26,025 bases of DNA from a virus (IMGVR_UViG_3300025018_000489:1-26025); one strand, 5' to 3'; shown: positions 9,823-18,549, numbered from the stretch's first letter. Program-made: numbers and translations. The notes: generated by a model not told the origin, from the letters alone.

Positions 9823-11052
9823 TTATTGTTTTGTTACACTTCCTAAAATACGATTTCTTCTTTGTGAAGATAAATAATTATTTGTGGCTACTATTGGGCT
9901 TGTTATATCAACAATTGAAGTATCTTGTCTTGAATCTATTGCAGGTGAAGAAGAACCAGAAAAAGAAGTTGCATAATCAATATGAAATCTACCAACAGAA
10001 CCATTACCAGCATTTGAGTGAGAACCAGATGTATTTCCAGCTCCAGCAAGTGCAACTAAAAAATTAGTTCCACCAACAAAAGTTTCACATTTAAGTAAGA
10101 TATTTCCACCAGCCCCACCTCCACCACCATCACCACCTGCATCAGAAGTAACAGATGGAGCACCACCAGCATTTCCACTTGAATAAAGTCCAGCAGCACT
10201 AATTGTAATAGTTTTTGCACAAATAATTATATTTCCACCGCCATTTCCTCCAACACCAGATGTTCCACCTCCATTTTTTGCTCCTCCAGCACCACCACCA
10301 CCACCCATAACCATGTCTGTTAAACCAGCATTACTGTCTATAGTTCCACCAACAGTTCCACTTCCTGAATTAGTTTTATTAGTCGGATTTGCACCAGCAG
10401 TAGCATTACCCCCACCACCACCTCCAGATGGATTATAAACACCAGAAAGATGTCTTTGTCCTCCTCCACCACCTCCAGTATTTGCGGCTTGAGAGTTTGT
10501 TCCAGCACCAGGAGCACCATCCCCCTGTTTGCCAACTGTATCACCACTAACTGAAGCTCCACCCAAAAATCCTCTACCAGTAGCAGTAATATATCCACCA
10601 TTTAAAATAAGAGATTTAGCAAAAAAAGGTATTGTTCCACCAACATTTCCATCCCAAGATTGAGAAGCTAATCCACCAGCACTAACAGTAACAGTATTGT
10701 ACTGTTTCATTAAAATCATTTGAGCAGCATTAGCACCACTATTATCTGTATAAGCATGTGGTGATGGATATTTAAGAGTTCCAACATTTGCAGTTACAGA
10801 CAAAAGAACATTAAAATGCCATTGACCAGCTCCAGTACCTCTATCCTGTCTGATAAGCACAGTAACATTGGTTAAACCAGCAAATTGAGTTAAACCAGCA
10901 TCAGTTGTATAAGCTCCACTTGCAATATTGACTGAATTATTTATATTAACTTCGGTTAGAACTGAAGATATGTTTCTGTCTCCATCATGAGCATTACCAT
11001 ATCCCTCTTCCCATGTAGTAGTGTCATCAGACCTAAATTGTATTTGTGCCAT
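9823..11052 (-). CDS. Glycine-rich tail-associated protein
   Basis: WDGNVGGTIPF, ITATGRGFLGG, GGGGG runs, GGNIIICAKTI, GNGSVGRFHIDY. Confidence 0.75.
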   Translation of the reverse strand: MAQIQFRSDDTTTWEEGYGNAHDGDRNISSVLTEVNINNSVNIASGAYTTDAGLTQFAGLTNVTVLIRQDRGTGAGQWHFNVLLSVTANVGTLKYPSPHAYTDNSGANAAQMILMKQYNTVTVSAGGLASQSWDGNVGGTIPFFAKSLILNGGYITATGRGFLGGASVSGDTVGKQGDGAPGAGTNSQAANTGGGGGGQRHLSGVYNPSGGGGGGNATAGANPTNKTNSGSGTVGGTIDSNAGLTDMVMGGGGGAGGAKNGGGTSGVGGNGGGNIIICAKTITISAAGLYSSGNAGGAPSVTSDAGGDGGGGGAGGNILLKCETFVGGTNFLVALAGAGNTSGSHSNAGNGSVGRFHIDYATSFSGSSSPAIDSRQDTSIVDITSPIVATNNYLSSQRRNRILGSVTKQ

Positions 11053-11053
11053 A

Positions 11054-11413
11054 TTAATCCGTCATTTGATTGACCCAACCAGATAATGTAATCACATTGG
11101 CAGTTGAAGCAAAAGCCTTTATCACCAAACCATTTTGTAAAATAAGTCCTGGTACTATTAATGATAAACCAGATTTAGAAGCTATTGATACGATTATATT
11201 TTGGTCAGGTACAGTCGCACCGCCATATTCAATAGTTAAAGTAACTGCAGCAGTATGACCATTGTAGGCATAAAGCCAGACTTCATCATAAGTACCAGCA
11301 GTTGTACCAGCTACAGCAGTATGAATAGTTGTACCAGCAGTAGCAGTAGCCACTACTTTAATAGGCATACCATCTGTGCTGCCTGATAATTTTCTTTTAA
11401 CGAATGTTGCCAT
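11054..11413 (-). CDS. Small tail-fibre-associated structural protein (119 aa)
   Basis: MATFVKRKLSGSTDG...DEVWLYAYN...; beta-rich; SD-like AAGGAG upstream; follows a fibre ending in LQVQIFS, a pairing I recognise from environmental phages. Confidence 0.7.
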   Translation of the reverse strand: MATFVKRKLSGSTDGMPIKVVATATAGTTIHTAVAGTTAGTYDEVWLYAYNGHTAAVTLTIEYGGATVPDQNIIVSIASKSGLSLIVPGLILQNGLVIKAFASTANVITLSGWVNQMTD

Positions 11414-11421
11414 AATTCTCC

Positions 11422-12582
11422 TTAACTAAATATTTGAACTTGTAATACATCTCCACCACCTGAACCTCCACCTCCAACTATTTGAAAGTTAGTTCCATCA
11501 TAGACTAGTGGTAATACTTGACCTGCTTTGATGTCTAAAGCAGCTAAATCTTCAGTTACATTTTTCTTAATTGATTTAGCACCAAGACTATTCACATTAA
11601 GAGTTGATGCTCCAGTATTTGCATTAGTAGCTTTAAGATTTACTTTTAAACCAATAAAATATGAGCCTGGTGCTGCAGATAAATCACCAGCATAGGAATC
11701 TGTATTTGTGGTGTCATTTATCAAAGTTGAATCAGCAAGTGTACTTGGAGTAACTGCTCCTGGCTCACCCTGAATACCCTGAATACCTTGGTCGCCTTTC
11801 AAATCAATTAAAGCATTAACTAAAGTGATTGTACTTAAGTCATCTTTGGTAAAAACCATGTCATTTGAAACAAAAGCAACACTTTCAATGGTACTTCCCT
11901 CTGGAATAGAGAAGTCTAAAACTGCATCTCCAGGCGTTCCACTATTCGTAACAGTTGCAGCAGAACCAGGTGCACCAGTAGTTACTGTGCCAATTGCAAC
12001 AGTAGCTCCATCACCTTTATCTCCCTCTGGAATACTAATATCCAAAACAACATCACCAGGAGTTCCACTATTTACTACAGTTGCAGGGCTACCAGGAGCA
12101 CCAGTAGTAACATCACCAACTGCAATAGTTGCAGCATCACCTTTTTCAGTAATTAATTGCCAGTAGTCTGTGTCAGTAGGTAGATTTCCAGTAGAAGCAG
12201 CAATATTAGCGTAGGAAGAACCCTGGTAAGTAACACCATCTTGTACGACATAGGCTGTTTCGGCAACATAAGCACCTTTCCAAGAAATACCTAGATAGGT
12301 TCTATATTGATTAATAAACTCTTCATTATTTAAACAAGTAACAGGAGTTTGAATATCATGGTCAACAGATGAGCCTTTTTTCCTTGAAACACCAGTAACA
12401 GAGTTTAAACTTTTACCAGTAACTTCAAGAACAACCTCATTTGCAGTACCTTTAGCCAAAACTATTAAAGTAGGAACATTATCTGGGGGAGTTGTTAAAT
12501 AAACAACAGAATCACCATCAAAATATTTTTGAGTTAGTTCTGTGTAGTATTTATCATTTGCTAGGTATATTAGGCTACTCAT
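11422..12582 (-). CDS. Tail fibre protein A with short collagen-like segment
   Basis: Same N-terminal domain as 7383..8276; WKGAYVAETAYVVQDGVTYQGSSY...PTDTDYWQL (small carbohydrate-binding-like module); 42-aa tandem repeat; GDQGIQGIQGEPG; ANTGASTLNVNSLGAKSIK...YDGTNFQI. Confidence 0.8.
   Translation of the reverse strand: MSSLIYLANDKYYTELTQKYFDGDSVVYLTTPPDNVPTLIVLAKGTANEVVLEVTGKSLNSVTGVSRKKGSSVDHDIQTPVTCLNNEEFINQYRTYLGISWKGAYVAETAYVVQDGVTYQGSSYANIAASTGNLPTDTDYWQLITEKGDAATIAVGDVTTGAPGSPATVVNSGTPGDVVLDISIPEGDKGDGATVAIGTVTTGAPGSAATVTNSGTPGDAVLDFSIPEGSTIESVAFVSNDMVFTKDDLSTITLVNALIDLKGDQGIQGIQGEPGAVTPSTLADSTLINDTTNTDSYAGDLSAAPGSYFIGLKVNLKATNANTGASTLNVNSLGAKSIKKNVTEDLAALDIKAGQVLPLVYDGTNFQIVGGGGSGGGDVLQVQIFS
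11896..12144 (-). repeat. Two imperfect 126-nt (42-aa) tandem repeats within fibre A
   Basis: KGDAATIAVGDVTTGAPGSPATVVNSGTPGDVVLDISIPEG / KGDGATVAIGTVTTGAPGSAATVTNSGTPGDAVLDFSIPEG; atcaccttt recurs at 12010 and 12136. Confidence 0.9.
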
Positions 12583-14512
12583 ATATTGGGCTCAATTCAA
12601 ACTCACTTGGTAATGGGAGAGAAGAATCAGAGTATTCAATAAACATTCCCATTAGTTGAAGTGTGTCAGAAAGCCCATCATTACTGAAAGTTGCCTGTAA
12701 TGAGAACAAATCCTTATACCCAACATTGGCGTATCTTATATTGATACCTGAAGCATCAGCATCAGCTTCTCCAGATGAATCACCAAAAGCCATACTGCCC
12801 CACATATCAACACCAAAACCCTGTTCTCCAACATTTGAAGCATATAAAGCCATTGGTTGACCAGTTGTATAACCATTTTCAGTCAATACCACACGAGTAT
12901 TGCCACCAGTTACATTTCCAAAGATGAAATATACTCTGCTGTAGGTTTTATATTTATAAGAAACATCTGCATCAAATTGCTTAGTAGATACTCTCCAAAC
13001 AATCGGGCTACCCTCATCATCTCTACCAGTCCAACATTCAACCACATTGGCAGAATCAGGCTTAGTCATGAATAATCTAACCTTATTGTCAGTATCAATT
13101 ACTGTTGTGAAAAGTGATGGTTTTAATCCAAACCATTCAGACCAAGCATAAAATCTTTCATTGTAAGAAAGAACTGTTGAAACTCCATCACCAGTAGCGC
13201 CTTGAGGAAGACCCCAGAGTGAATGAGAATCATAAAATACACTAGATATTTCTGTTTTTTCAGCAGGATTAATGTTTTGAACTATCCTATTTGCTCTTGA
13301 AGATAGAATCTTTGTTCTAATTCCAGTCATATTTGGTTCATTACCCAAAGCCATAGCTCCTTGGTCAGACCAATATCGCAAGTCATTACCAGCAGCATGT
13401 ACTGAACCCTGTGAAACAGCACCAGAAGCTAATGAAACAGTAGAGATAGATGCAGCATCAGCAGTAAACCTAAAAGCACCGATTTTGTCATACTTAAAAA
13501 CATACAGAGATTCTTGGAACTCATGTAAGGCTGTAATTTGTGAACCATCATCCTTTTTCCAATAAAAGAATCCAGCACCATCAGCTCTACCAAAAGAATC
13601 AATTTTATCTCCACCACCCGAAAATACTAAACAATGGTCGCCAAGTTCAGTTGTAACTCCAACTAAAGTATCCATGTAAACAGCTACAATCCTGTCTTTA
13701 AAGTGCATACCACCCGTAGTATTTGAAGCAGGAATACCAAACATAATATCTTGGGTATCAAAATCTTTATCATTGTAAACAAGAACGGTTGGGTCAATTG
13801 AAGCCATATAGGTTTCATCACCAGATGTTTTACCTCTAAAAATTAGAGTTTTTGTAGCACCAGCAGGAGGTTCTGGTACAGTTACAGTTACATAAGTTGA
13901 AGCATCCATTTCTTCAGGAAGTGAACCAATTGAAACAGTATCAGAAGCAAGTGTTTGACCACCATCATTTTGCCAAACATATCTGTAGTATTCTAGTCTT
14001 GTACCAGTTGCAGAACCAACTTTAGCAAGTACAGGGTCAACAGTAGGATTAGCCAAAGCAGTTTTAGTGGTAAAAGAAGAGCCATCCCACATGGTAAAGG
14101 CATCAGTATCATTCATGATATAAACCTTACCCCAAGCCTGAAGAATAGCTGTTTTAGTATCAGTAAAAGTTGGAGAACCAGCAATATCTACCCATAAATC
14201 AGAAGCCCAAACATATCTTTGCAAGATTCCATCATTAGAGATACGAAGAAAATAGTCATTTCCATCAACATCATAAACACCCTGCATGGCAATTAGATGA
14301 GTTGAAGAACCACGAATAGCACCTAAAGCATCTGTGCCTGGTCTTTTTTCAACAACACCATTTAAAGTAAAAAATGAATTAAGAGATTCAGCCAATTCAT
14401 TTGGTTTAATAACACTTGGATGACCAAGTTGTGATAGTCCTAGTGAAAAGGATTTTGTTCCCTCTATCTTAAGTTTTGGGTCGCTTCTCTTTTTAGGGTA
14501 TTCTCTTGCCAT
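12575..14512 (-). CDS. Tail nozzle / tail tubular protein (P22 gp10 / T7 gp12-like)
   Basis: 645 aa; N-terminal GVVEKRPGT; beta-propeller-like repeats (DDGSQITALHEFQESLYVFK); inserted Ig-like segment (YYRYVW...VTVTVPEPPAGATKTLIFRG); sits after the adaptor and before the fibres. Confidence 0.75.
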   Translation of the reverse strand: MAREYPKKRSDPKLKIEGTKSFSLGLSQLGHPSVIKPNELAESLNSFFTLNGVVEKRPGTDALGAIRGSSTHLIAMQGVYDVDGNDYFLRISNDGILQRYVWASDLWVDIAGSPTFTDTKTAILQAWGKVYIMNDTDAFTMWDGSSFTTKTALANPTVDPVLAKVGSATGTRLEYYRYVWQNDGGQTLASDTVSIGSLPEEMDASTYVTVTVPEPPAGATKTLIFRGKTSGDETYMASIDPTVLVYNDKDFDTQDIMFGIPASNTTGGMHFKDRIVAVYMDTLVGVTTELGDHCLVFSGGGDKIDSFGRADGAGFFYWKKDDGSQITALHEFQESLYVFKYDKIGAFRFTADAASISTVSLASGAVSQGSVHAAGNDLRYWSDQGAMALGNEPNMTGIRTKILSSRANRIVQNINPAEKTEISSVFYDSHSLWGLPQGATGDGVSTVLSYNERFYAWSEWFGLKPSLFTTVIDTDNKVRLFMTKPDSANVVECWTGRDDEGSPIVWRVSTKQFDADVSYKYKTYSRVYFIFGNVTGGNTRVVLTENGYTTGQPMALYASNVGEQGFGVDMWGSMAFGDSSGEADADASGINIRYANVGYKDLFSLQATFSNDGLSDTLQLMGMFIEYSDSSLPLPSEFELSPIYE

Positions 14513-14515
14513 AGT

Positions 14516-15205
14516 TTATCTCCTGATTCTTGTGGCATTTGAACCATGAACCTCATTCTGTGGATTTAGACCCACATGACTATATACAGATTGCCAACTC
14601 ATAAGTTCTTGAGGTGTAGGTATAACTTCAAGACCAAGATTTTCTTGGAATCTATTTTCATATTCATTTCTAGCATCATCCTGTGAACCTGGCTGTCTTG
14701 ATTGTCTAAAGTATTCTTTTAAAGCTCCAAACATAATCATTTCTCCATCAAACCAAATAACATCTGCCTGTTCAACTGGTACTGGAGGATTATAGAAATA
14801 CCATAGTTCGCCTGTTGCAGATGCAGTTGGTGTATAACCAATAAACTTAACAGTCCATGCTCCTGTAATTTGGTCTTTAAAACAAGTTATTCTTTGTCCT
14901 GAAGCATTAGAGTTTGAAGCCCAATCCTCACCATCAACATTAAGAACATAAATACCATTTCTTTTAAAGAAGTCAGCAGGAAGTGTTACATAATCAACAT
15001 CTTCAGTAATAGTTAGGTCTGCTTTTACTAAGCACCTAGACCAAAAACCCCTTTTAGCTATATCGTATTGTGCAAGTTGAATCCATCTTACCCATTGTGG
15101 ATAAGCAGTTGAAGTAGTGGCAGGAATAGAACCACCTGCATAAGCAGCCATGCCTGATAAAACATCACCTAAGTTTTCAAATACATCTGATTTTATTGAA
15201 CTCAT
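14516..15205 (-). CDS. Head-tail adaptor / tail tubular protein A-like
   Basis: About 229 aa with YVTLPADF and MIMFGALKEYF motifs; position between capsid and nozzle. Start moved from the track's TTG (15214) to ATG 15205 because this matches the promoter geometry. Confidence 0.7.
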   Translation of the reverse strand: MSSIKSDVFENLGDVLSGMAAYAGGSIPATTSTAYPQWVRWIQLAQYDIAKRGFWSRCLVKADLTITEDVDYVTLPADFFKRNGIYVLNVDGEDWASNSNASGQRITCFKDQITGAWTVKFIGYTPTASATGELWYFYNPPVPVEQADVIWFDGEMIMFGALKEYFRQSRQPGSQDDARNEYENRFQENLGLEVIPTPQELMSWQSVYSHVGLNPQNEVHGSNATRIRR

Positions 15206-15213
15206 ATACCTCA

Positions 15214-15245
15214 ATCTTAAAGCATTTGTGTTGAAGTAGGGTAAT
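15214..15245 (-). promoter_or_regulatory. Late-type promoter copy: ATTACCCTA-N17-TAAGAT-N8-ATG
   Basis: ATTACCCTA CTTCAACACAAATGCTT TAAGAT TGAGGTAT ATG(15205), immediately downstream of a terminator. Confidence 0.8.
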
Positions 15246-15255
15246 TTAAAACAAT

Positions 15256-15281
15256 AAAAAAGCCACCCCGAAGAGTGGCTT
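15256..15281 (-). terminator. Rho-independent terminator ending the scaffold-capsid transcript
   Basis: AAGCCACUC-UUCG-GGGUGGCUU followed by a U run; C(UUCG)G tetraloop. Confidence 0.9.
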
Positions 15282-15301
15282 GATTATTTTAAATACAATT
15301 C

Positions 15302-15463
15302 TTAACTTGCGTATGGGAATTTAGTTAAATCAGAAGCATAGGTGTACTCTGCAGTTGCAGGTAAATCATGTACTTCAGCATCTTCTACAACGACAACTTC
15401 TCTGTTGCCATCTCCCTCTACACCGAGAACATAAATTTCTCTTCCGTCTGCTGTAGTGCTCAT
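15302..15463 (-). CDS. Small 53-aa protein downstream of major capsid (possible decoration/accessory protein)
   Basis: MSTTADGREIYVLGVEGDGNREVVVVEDAEVHDLPATAEYTYASDLTKFPYAS*; AAAGGA upstream; fills the gap between capsid and terminator; below the track's length cutoff. Confidence 0.75.
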   Translation of the reverse strand: MSTTADGREIYVLGVEGDGNREVVVVEDAEVHDLPATAEYTYASDLTKFPYAS

Positions 15464-15484
15464 ATTTATTTTCCTTTTCTTGTA

Positions 15485-15509
15485 GGGGGGTAGGGTTTAG
15501 CTACCCCCC
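15485..15509 (-). other. GC-rich 9-bp hairpin between capsid and 53-aa ORF
   Basis: GGGGGGTAG-N7-CTACCCCCC; no U-tract on the coding strand. Confidence 0.75.
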
Positions 15510-15541
15510 ATTATTTGTTAATACTTTCTATTCAATCAAAC

Positions 15542-16693
15542 TTATAAACCTAAGTTATACAAGTATGCTTGAACTTTTGGTGTAGCAAACTTGGCTGTGT
15601 ATTCACCAAGCACCTGCCATTTATAGCTATCACCGACTTTAGCTAGTTCTTCTGTGAACCAACCTCTGTTCTTCATGGCTTTAAATCCACATTGAGCTTC
15701 GTCAATGATGAAGATTAAGTCATCTAAGATACCAGACCTCTCACGAAGCATAACAATGTCAAGAGCACCTAATTGAGATAGGTATTGCTCTGGCATAGCT
15801 GTACCTCTGGTCTTGTCAGAAGCTTTACTAAAGATAGTACCATCTGCTAAGTCTTTCAACTTTCGCATAGCTTTATAGCCTAAAACAATGGTTGGTTTTC
15901 CACCCATGTTGTTAGCTATAGCTTCAATAGCATCATCTAAAGCATCCTTGACACCTGCAGCAGTTGCCCATGTGCCAACTCCACCAAAGTCAATGGCGTT
16001 CTCTGGAGCATAGGTATCAATGAAGAACTTAAGTCCACCCATAGTGGTTCTCTTTTGTTCTTTATCAATAGTTCTTTGACCAATCAACAGAGTTGACTGT
16101 AGAACTTCCATAAGCTCTTTTTGCTTGTCTTCAATCAGACTTGCAGAGTTCTCATCACCATGAATCATGGAATTGCGTTGAGTACCAGAGAGTTCAACCA
16201 CATCTTCAAAGATTTGAGTGTAGTTGTACAGGTCTGCAGTACCAGCGATAACCATGTTATCGGCATCTTTTCCTTGTGGGGAAGCGACACCAATACGCTT
16301 AACAGTTTCGCCCAAAACCATAGCTTCGGCTGTACCTGCCAAGTGTTTAACAGTTAAGAGAGTACCACCACTAACAGACACGACAATTACTTGTTCGCCA
16401 TCTGGTTTCAAGAGGACATCATCTACATTGAAAACACCAGAGGTGTCAACATAGAAAGTCGTAGCATCAGAAGCTACAGTAGCAGAAGCCACTTTAGCAA
16501 CGATTTTACGAAGCTCTTTTTCAGTCCACTCATATTTGTGGGATTTAACTTCAGCCTTGAAAACTTTGCTAGACCATCTCTTTAAAAGAGGGAATTGCCA
16601 ATCAGGATATTTCCCAATTGTGTCTTCAATGTTGATGTGTAGTGCACTATCTGTTGCACTAAAGGTTGATTGCTGTCCATAAATACTTGCCAT
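15542..16693 (-). CDS. Major capsid protein (SU10-MCP / DUF5309-like, HK97 fold)
   Basis: KYEWTEKEL, NYTQIFEDVVELSGTQ, RTTMGGLKFFI, EELAKVGDSYKWQVLGEYT motifs; follows scaffold. Confidence 0.9.
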   Translation of the reverse strand: MASIYGQQSTFSATDSALHINIEDTIGKYPDWQFPLLKRWSSKVFKAEVKSHKYEWTEKELRKIVAKVASATVASDATTFYVDTSGVFNVDDVLLKPDGEQVIVVSVSGGTLLTVKHLAGTAEAMVLGETVKRIGVASPQGKDADNMVIAGTADLYNYTQIFEDVVELSGTQRNSMIHGDENSASLIEDKQKELMEVLQSTLLIGQRTIDKEQKRTTMGGLKFFIDTYAPENAIDFGGVGTWATAAGVKDALDDAIEAIANNMGGKPTIVLGYKAMRKLKDLADGTIFSKASDKTRGTAMPEQYLSQLGALDIVMLRERSGILDDLIFIIDEAQCGFKAMKNRGWFTEELAKVGDSYKWQVLGEYTAKFATPKVQAYLYNLGL

Positions 16694-16736
16694 TTTATTT
16701 GTTCCTTTTATTTACTTATTTACTAATTTCAAGGAT

Positions 16737-17654
16737 TTATCTGTTACTCCTCGCCTTATTCATCCTTGAAGCAATAAGTTGAGTAGCAGTCATCTTTGAT
16801 TCATCAGAAGAACCTGATTGTCCACCACTAGTCTTTAAAGCACCTGCTCTTTTATTAAGAACAGTTGTTTGTGCACTTCTACTACCAGTAGCTTCTCCAA
16901 GCTTACGAATCCTAATGGCTCTTTCAGCAACTTTTAAGATGCTAGTTTTGCCAAGATACTTTCCAGTACGAGGGTCTTTATCAAACTCATCATATTGGTC
17001 TGCAATCTCTTTCTCAAGCTCTTTGTCAAACTCTGGATTTGGTGTTTTCCCATCTTCTAAGGTTGGTCTTAAGAATGAATATTTACTTTGAATAGTATCT
17101 ATTTCATTCACCAATCTTTGCGTGATAGCTCTTTCACCAGCTTCAGTCCTGATAGATTCTCTTTCCTTTACCAATTCTGCCTTGGTTTTATCAATATCTC
17201 TTTTTAGAAACTTGACATAGGATTGAAAATCCTCTGGAGTAACGATTTTACTAGGGTCATCAATAAGAGTTTCTTCTTCAGCTCTGTTTTGGATTTCTTG
17301 TTGGCTTTCACCAGTTTTCTTTCCAACAGCAGCTTCCAATTCTTCTAAATATCTTTTGACCTGTTCAGGGTTCTGCATAAACTCTCTATACTCTTTGGCT
17401 TCTCGTTCAGCATTGGCTAACCTCTGATGAACAGCCGATTGAGGATTGGGGTCTAGTTTAGTTCCCTTGTCGGTACGCTTGACCTCTTCTTGATGAGCTT
17501 CCTCTTGAGTTTCCTCTTGAGCAACCTCTTCTTGTTGAGATTCGTCTTCTGATTTGTTAATGTTCTCGGATTGTTCCTCTGAAGTTGATTCTTCTTGCGA
17601 ATCTTCAGCTTCTTCAAAACCCTCCATCATCACACTACCTTCAAAGTCTGCCAT
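16737..17654 (-). CDS. Capsid scaffolding protein
   Basis: Very acidic N-terminus, coiled-coil body, basic C-terminal helix (ASRMNKARSNR); directly upstream of major capsid. Confidence 0.8.
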   Translation of the reverse strand: MADFEGSVMMEGFEEAEDSQEESTSEEQSENINKSEDESQQEEVAQEETQEEAHQEEVKRTDKGTKLDPNPQSAVHQRLANAEREAKEYREFMQNPEQVKRYLEELEAAVGKKTGESQQEIQNRAEEETLIDDPSKIVTPEDFQSYVKFLKRDIDKTKAELVKERESIRTEAGERAITQRLVNEIDTIQSKYSFLRPTLEDGKTPNPEFDKELEKEIADQYDEFDKDPRTGKYLGKTSILKVAERAIRIRKLGEATGSRSAQTTVLNKRAGALKTSGGQSGSSDESKMTATQLIASRMNKARSNR

Positions 17655-17757
17655 ATTGTCTTTCTTGTATTTCTATCCTCTAACGCTTTTTATAACGAGG
17701 TGCGAAACCCCGAAAGTTAAGAATTAAAGAAAGAACTTTATATTAGTAACTGTTTTT

Positions 17758-17789
17758 ACTGTATCACAAAAGTTAAATACTAGGGTAAT
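17758..17789 (-). promoter_or_regulatory. Late-type promoter copy: ATTACCCTA-N17-TACAGT, with ~95-nt leader to scaffold
   Basis: ATTACCCTA GTATTTAACTTTTGTGA TACAGT; ATG at 17654. Confidence 0.75.
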
Positions 17790-17790
17790 T

Positions 17791-18129
17791 TTAGGCTATG
17801 ACAGTATCATTACTGCGTAATCTTACACAGCCATCTTTGTCAATATATTCTGTACCAGGCTGGATATGCTTATGAAGAGGGCATTTTCTACATTTGATAA
17901 CATAATTATGAGAATCAACTATATGAAATTCATGAGTAAAATCAGGACAGAACATAGCATCAAGTGATGTTCTATCATACCTAACCTTAACCTTGTGCTT
18001 TTCGGTAACTGTTTCTTGACTAACTTTTTTAGTTACAGGATTGAAAGTATTAACTACTCTCTCAAAGTCTTCTTCTTCGGTAATCCATTTACCTATTGGC
18101 TTGTCAAACTTTTCATTTGGTTTCTGCAT
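17791..18129 (-). CDS. Hypothetical protein with possible Zn-binding Cys/His cluster
   Basis: CPDFTH...CRKC motif; ATG at 18129 preferred over TTG 18150; overlaps the upstream gene end. Confidence 0.6.
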   Translation of the reverse strand: MQKPNEKFDKPIGKWITEEEDFERVVNTFNPVTKKVSQETVTEKHKVKVRYDRTSLDAMFCPDFTHEFHIVDSHNYVIKCRKCPLHKHIQPGTEYIDKDGCVRLRSNDTVIA

Positions 18130-18514
18130 CTGATTCTTTTGTAACCTCAATATTTAGTTTCTTCTCATCAGCAAGTTTAAGGTACTCTGCTTCTTGATTA
18201 GATAATGTCTTGAGGTCAGCAAATAATTTGTCAATAAACTTAATACAACCTGCAATCTCATTAAGTTGTTCTTCTTTGGTAGTTTTGACAGTCTTTGAGT
18301 AGCCATTATCACCCTGCTGGGTTTCCAAAACATCTTTGACTGCATTGGTGGCTACCAATAGAATAGCAGATTCTTTAGCGTTCTTGAGATAATCTCTTAA
18401 AAAAGAGAAGTCATGTGAATTGAGGATTTTATTAGCCGATTCTGATTCAGAAACAATTTTCTCCCATTCTTCTACAGGAATTGTGGGTATTTCTTTCTTA
18501 GGCAATTTGTTCAT
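18113..18514 (-). CDS. Hypothetical helical protein between portal and scaffold
   Basis: 133-aa ORF in a position where podoviruses often carry a small head-assembly gene; has its own promoter. Confidence 0.7.
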   Translation of the reverse strand: MNKLPKKEIPTIPVEEWEKIVSESESANKILNSHDFSFLRDYLKNAKESAILLVATNAVKDVLETQQGDNGYSKTVKTTKEEQLNEIAGCIKFIDKLFADLKTLSNQEAEYLKLADEKKLNIEVTKESDAETK

Positions 18515-18520
18515 ACAATA

Positions 18521-18549
18521 ACTATAGCATCATGTTTAGGAACTTACAA
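18521..18549 (-). promoter_or_regulatory. Sigma70-type promoter TTGTAA-N17-TATAGT (TGn extended -10), 6 nt before ATG
   Basis: TTGTAA GTTCCTAAACATGATGC TATAGT TATTGT ATG(18514). Confidence 0.65.

Noticed and set aside
6859-10601. Val-rich (-) and Thr/Ser-rich (+) ORFs overlapping the glycine-rich genes
   Set aside because: Frame-shifted or antisense readings of GGT/GGA runs; no independent signals.
6611-11052. Diversity-generating retroelement or CRISPR-like repeats
   Set aside because: Similarities are low-complexity glycine codons; I saw no adenine-specific TR/VR pair, reverse transcriptase or regularly spaced repeats.
15485-15545. Capsid terminator or programmed frameshift extension
   Set aside because: The hairpin lacks a U-tract on the coding strand, and I saw no convincing slippery heptamer at the capsid 3' end.
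17684-17712. preQ1-I riboswitch call
   Set aside because: Similar stem/A-tract layout, but the loop is too short and the downstream gene is a scaffold, not queuosine-related; kept only as a generic leader structure.
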